DNA of 64,000 nt from Phoronis australis (Eukaryota > Animalia > Phoronida), in NCBI GenBank assembly GCA_002633005.1, contig NMRA01000218.1, positions 143,113-207,112 of the forward strand, given 5' to 3'. Position numbers and translations under genes: made by a program. Every line of letters starts with the position of its first letter. Position 1 is the stretch's first letter. Below, one piece after another: positions 61,806 to 64,000 of the stretch. The notes under the pieces were generated by a model. It had not been told where the DNA came from and did no database searches. It saw only the letters and a list, made by a program, of their open reading frames with translations.

Positions 61806-62212
61806 CAGGGCCCGGTCTCCAATCTTTTTACTCGAAATGGAACTCAAAATTAGGTTTGGCATTTTGTACTCTACTTTTGGGCGAACTCAAGATAAGTGCC
61901 TATTATTCTATGCTCGAGTACACAATAACTTACGTGGATAATTTATTGCCCTTAGTTCACAGTTTGTAAACCCAATATTAAAGCAATAAGTTCGAGTTTG
62001 AACTCGAAATTTCGAGTTTTTACTCGAGTTTGTAGCATGAATATAAGGGTCTTCAAGGGCAAACTTGAACTAGAAACTCCTATGCATAAACTATAATGTA
62101 TTCGAGCACAGTCTGATAACCAATTATCTTAAGTTCGCACAAAAGGAGCAGAGAAATTGCCAAAAATAGTTTCGAGTTCGTTTCGAGTACAAAGATTAGA
62201 GACCGGGCCCTG
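61806..62212. mobile_element. MITE (407 bp)
   Basis: TIRs cagggcccggtctc.aatcttt.tactcgaaa / tttcgagtacaaagattagagaccgggccctg; internal actcga repeats. Confidence 0.85.
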
Positions 62213-64000
62213 ATGATGCTCTGAAGTTAATGAAATTCAGGCATTTTTTTAAGTTCCTGCATGACCTTTATGTTCCGGCTGATCACCAGTGAGTTTTCTG
62301 AGGTCCCCTTTCTGTGCTTAATTTTCTTCCTGGCACTTCATTGACAGCATGTCATTTACAGATGACTGGGTTTAGTTGTCTAGCTAAAGTGTTTGTGGGT
62401 CTGTCCTGTGAACTGTTCCTCCACCCTGTGCATGGGACATCCTCTGTTACTGTTCACTGCCAACATATGCCTAGTTTTAAATGGCACATTTTTACAGACA
62501 AATTGAATGTGTTGCTCATGGAGACATTACCCTGGAGACTTTGAAAGACATTTAATTAATCACATTTAATTAATTCTTATTATCTTGAAGACAGGCACAC
62601 TAGACTGATTGAACTGGTTACACTGTTGTAAGGTGGCGTGGTGATTATTGAGGACACAGAAAATTCACTGAATTTGGAAATATTCTCTCACAACCATTCC
62701 CTTTATAATTTTGAATGGAAGATGTTGATTTGCTTGAGGTTCATAAATGGCCTCAAAACTTGTCAGTGGAGGGGGTGCTAGACTAGTCTTAAAGTAGCCT
62801 AACTGTCGATAAAATGAAATGATGCTAGCACTTCAAGTCAACCGGAGTTTAATTTAGGTTCTGTCACTGATGCCAATGACAATTAGTTGAATTTCCTTAT
62901 CAATCATAGTTACTCCCTCTCAGCACTTTTAAAGACAACTTCTGAGTGCAAAATACACACTTCCGGAAGAGCCCACCACCTTTTTCTAAAAGAACCTTTG
63001 AATTTTTTTGCTGACGCGAAATCACTTTGGAAATCTGGGCATCTGAGGCACCAGTGAATTGTATGTGGAACCAAACGCTGTCCATCATTTATTCTGTGGC
63101 CATCCAATGACAAACGGCCTTCAGATTGCCGCAATATCGGAAAATGGCCATTGCAGAGGCTACTCACCAGCTGGTGGAGTTCTTTTTGTCCAGTTTTGTT
63201 CACGGAGCTTGAATAGCAATATTCACTTGCCTCGACTATTCAGATTAACGAGATCAGAATTTGCTGACAACTAGTAAGCTCACCTATGTCTGGTGTAGAA
63301 AACATCACCAAGAGTTTGAACTGATAAAACACTGATCGGCATCACCAACACAAAAGGTCCTATGTCGATCCATGTCGGCTAGATCCATCGTACATAATTT
63401 GAAAGCTGCTTTCATACTCTCACAGTGGTAAGGAATTGTGTGTCTGATGTTTCCTGTTCGTATACCGTAATGGTTGGTCAACTGTGAAACTGCCAGTAAC
63501 CAAACAGGGTGAAGAAGTGTCACGCATAAATGCATTTTTGTGACATGTGGTTGCTCCAGTCTTTCTCTGAGTCTGAACATTGACTTGCAACCACTGTATA
63601 ATGTAGCCTAATATACACAAAAATGTGTGCCAACATTAAGTCTTTTTCGTTTTTCAAGGACTTCTCCTCATTGCTTTGAAAGACCAATTGTTCAAAACAT
63701 TGGCATTCACTGCCTAGTATAGAAGGCATATGTTTTAACCCACATCTTATTTTTCATGGAAAAAATGGATTTCGTCTGTCGGCCATAGTGCATCCTGAAT
63801 TGTTGAGATTTCAAGCCAATGCTCATTTGATAATATTATGCCTAACAGTCTAACCTTGGCAATGTACAGTTCATTTGTATATAGTGACTGTTGTGAAACT
63901 TAATTCCAGTTGATTTGGATTTTCTTGAAGCTTTGTTTGGTAACCACATTTTCTCCAGAGAGATGAGTCATGAGTTATTCCATATTCTCATATGTAAAAG

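Overview
Eukaryotic, AT-rich, intron-containing animal genomic DNA. It is inferred to be invertebrate from its TE repertoire; the species cannot be determined from the sequence. There are three host genes, whose exons I assembled by reading GT-AG splice sites with consistent phases. (1) A complete-looking ~924-aa, 10-exon Schlafen-family gene (+, ~1076-16729) with SLFN11/13-like architecture: AlbA_2/Schlafen core, SWAVDL-like linker and SF1 helicase. Its nuclease motif is altered and the vertebrate zinc-finger cysteines are absent. (2) The 5' seven coding exons of NSMCE4/Nse4, the SMC5/6 kleisin (-, 44737-36609). The Nse4_C exons are not found in the window, and the gene stops just before a TSD-less Gypsy element. 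(3) The 5' eight coding exons of a TACC gene (+, 47597-55756), head-to-head with NSMCE4 as in human NSMCE4A-TACC2. Between Schlafen and NSMCE4 lies a nested transposon graveyard: an intron-containing Kolobok-type transposase remnant, a degenerate Helentron (OTU + Rep + PIF1 helicase + endonuclease), a piggyBac 5' fragment fused in frame to it, and a young intact Ty3/Gypsy element (31547-36249). A 24-bp minisatellite, SINEs and many MITEs are also present. No rRNA, bona fide tRNA gene or CRISPR array was found.
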